A stretch of 63,829 bases of DNA, counting the filler, from Choristocarpus tenellus KU-1152 (lineage: Eukaryota; Protista; Phaeophyceae), in NCBI GenBank assembly GCA_964200185.2. It is 8 parts of 8 records of this genome, joined end to end, with 100 filler letters (N's around TTAATTAATTAA, not from the genome) between each part and the next. Parts side by side here need not be neighbours in the genome. Positions count along the whole stretch, not along the records: positions 60,489 to 63,829 come from CAXNAD020020688.1; 7 more parts are not named here. One strand, given 5' to 3'. The notes beneath the pieces are model-generated. The model worked only from the letters and a program-made list of their open reading frames with translations, was not told the DNA's origin and ran no database searches. This document shows, piece by piece, positions 63,601 to 63,829 of this stretch. Both the position numbers and the translations under genes were made by a program. How positions within the stretch are numbered: the first letter of the stretch is position 1; every line of letters begins with the position of its first letter.

Positions 63601-63829
63601 GAGCCAAAGTATTTTAGAGGGTAGAGCAGCGTCCATTTGGGGGTCAAAATCCAATGATGCGATTTCGACGTAATTTTGGCTACTGCGTTTGTTAGGAAGT
63701 GTCATTATCCTTATTCCGGACACACCTTTTCGTAAGTATACATGACCCAAAGTATCTGGGAGGGGGGGGGAGGGGTCTACCCCAGGGGGGCTATTGGGGG
63801 CAAAAACAGGAAAAGGGTATTTACATTAT

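Overview
Eukaryotic, intron-rich, repeat-rich DNA, most likely from a photosynthetic stramenopile (ochrophyte, probably a brown alga). The evidence is a heterokont-type bipartite plastid presequence, 0.3-1.5 kb introns and a flagellar dynein-2. The window is not one locus. It is eight contigs (1-6761, 6862-9522, 9623-21524, 21625-28736, 28837-43566, 43667-54826, 54927-60388, 60489-63829) joined by artificial N44-TTAATTAATTAA-N44 linkers, so adjacency across linkers means nothing. Well-supported genes: an intronless 13-repeat ankyrin protein, a complete 7-exon plastid-targeted cyclophilin (221 aa, reconstructed by hand) and a 16-exon internal fragment of cytoplasmic dynein-2 heavy chain (end of AAA2 to AAA4) with one GC-AG intron. 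The rest is transposon landscape: two abundant related MITE families (here A and B, about 27 copies or fragments) that share end architecture and nest in each other, pogo/Tigger remnants with a PIP-box tail, Ty1/copia remnants (one with both LTRs and a TSD inside a pogo), Ulp1-like and orphan gene relics, and several unclassified repeats. The most unusual signal is a 4 x 89 bp array (8723-9082) in a virus-like intronless contig. Each unit carries a ~38 bp palindrome whose geometry mimics a head-to-tail junction of the MITE termini. No CRISPR, rRNA or convincing tRNA was seen. All alignments were done by eye and no database search was run.
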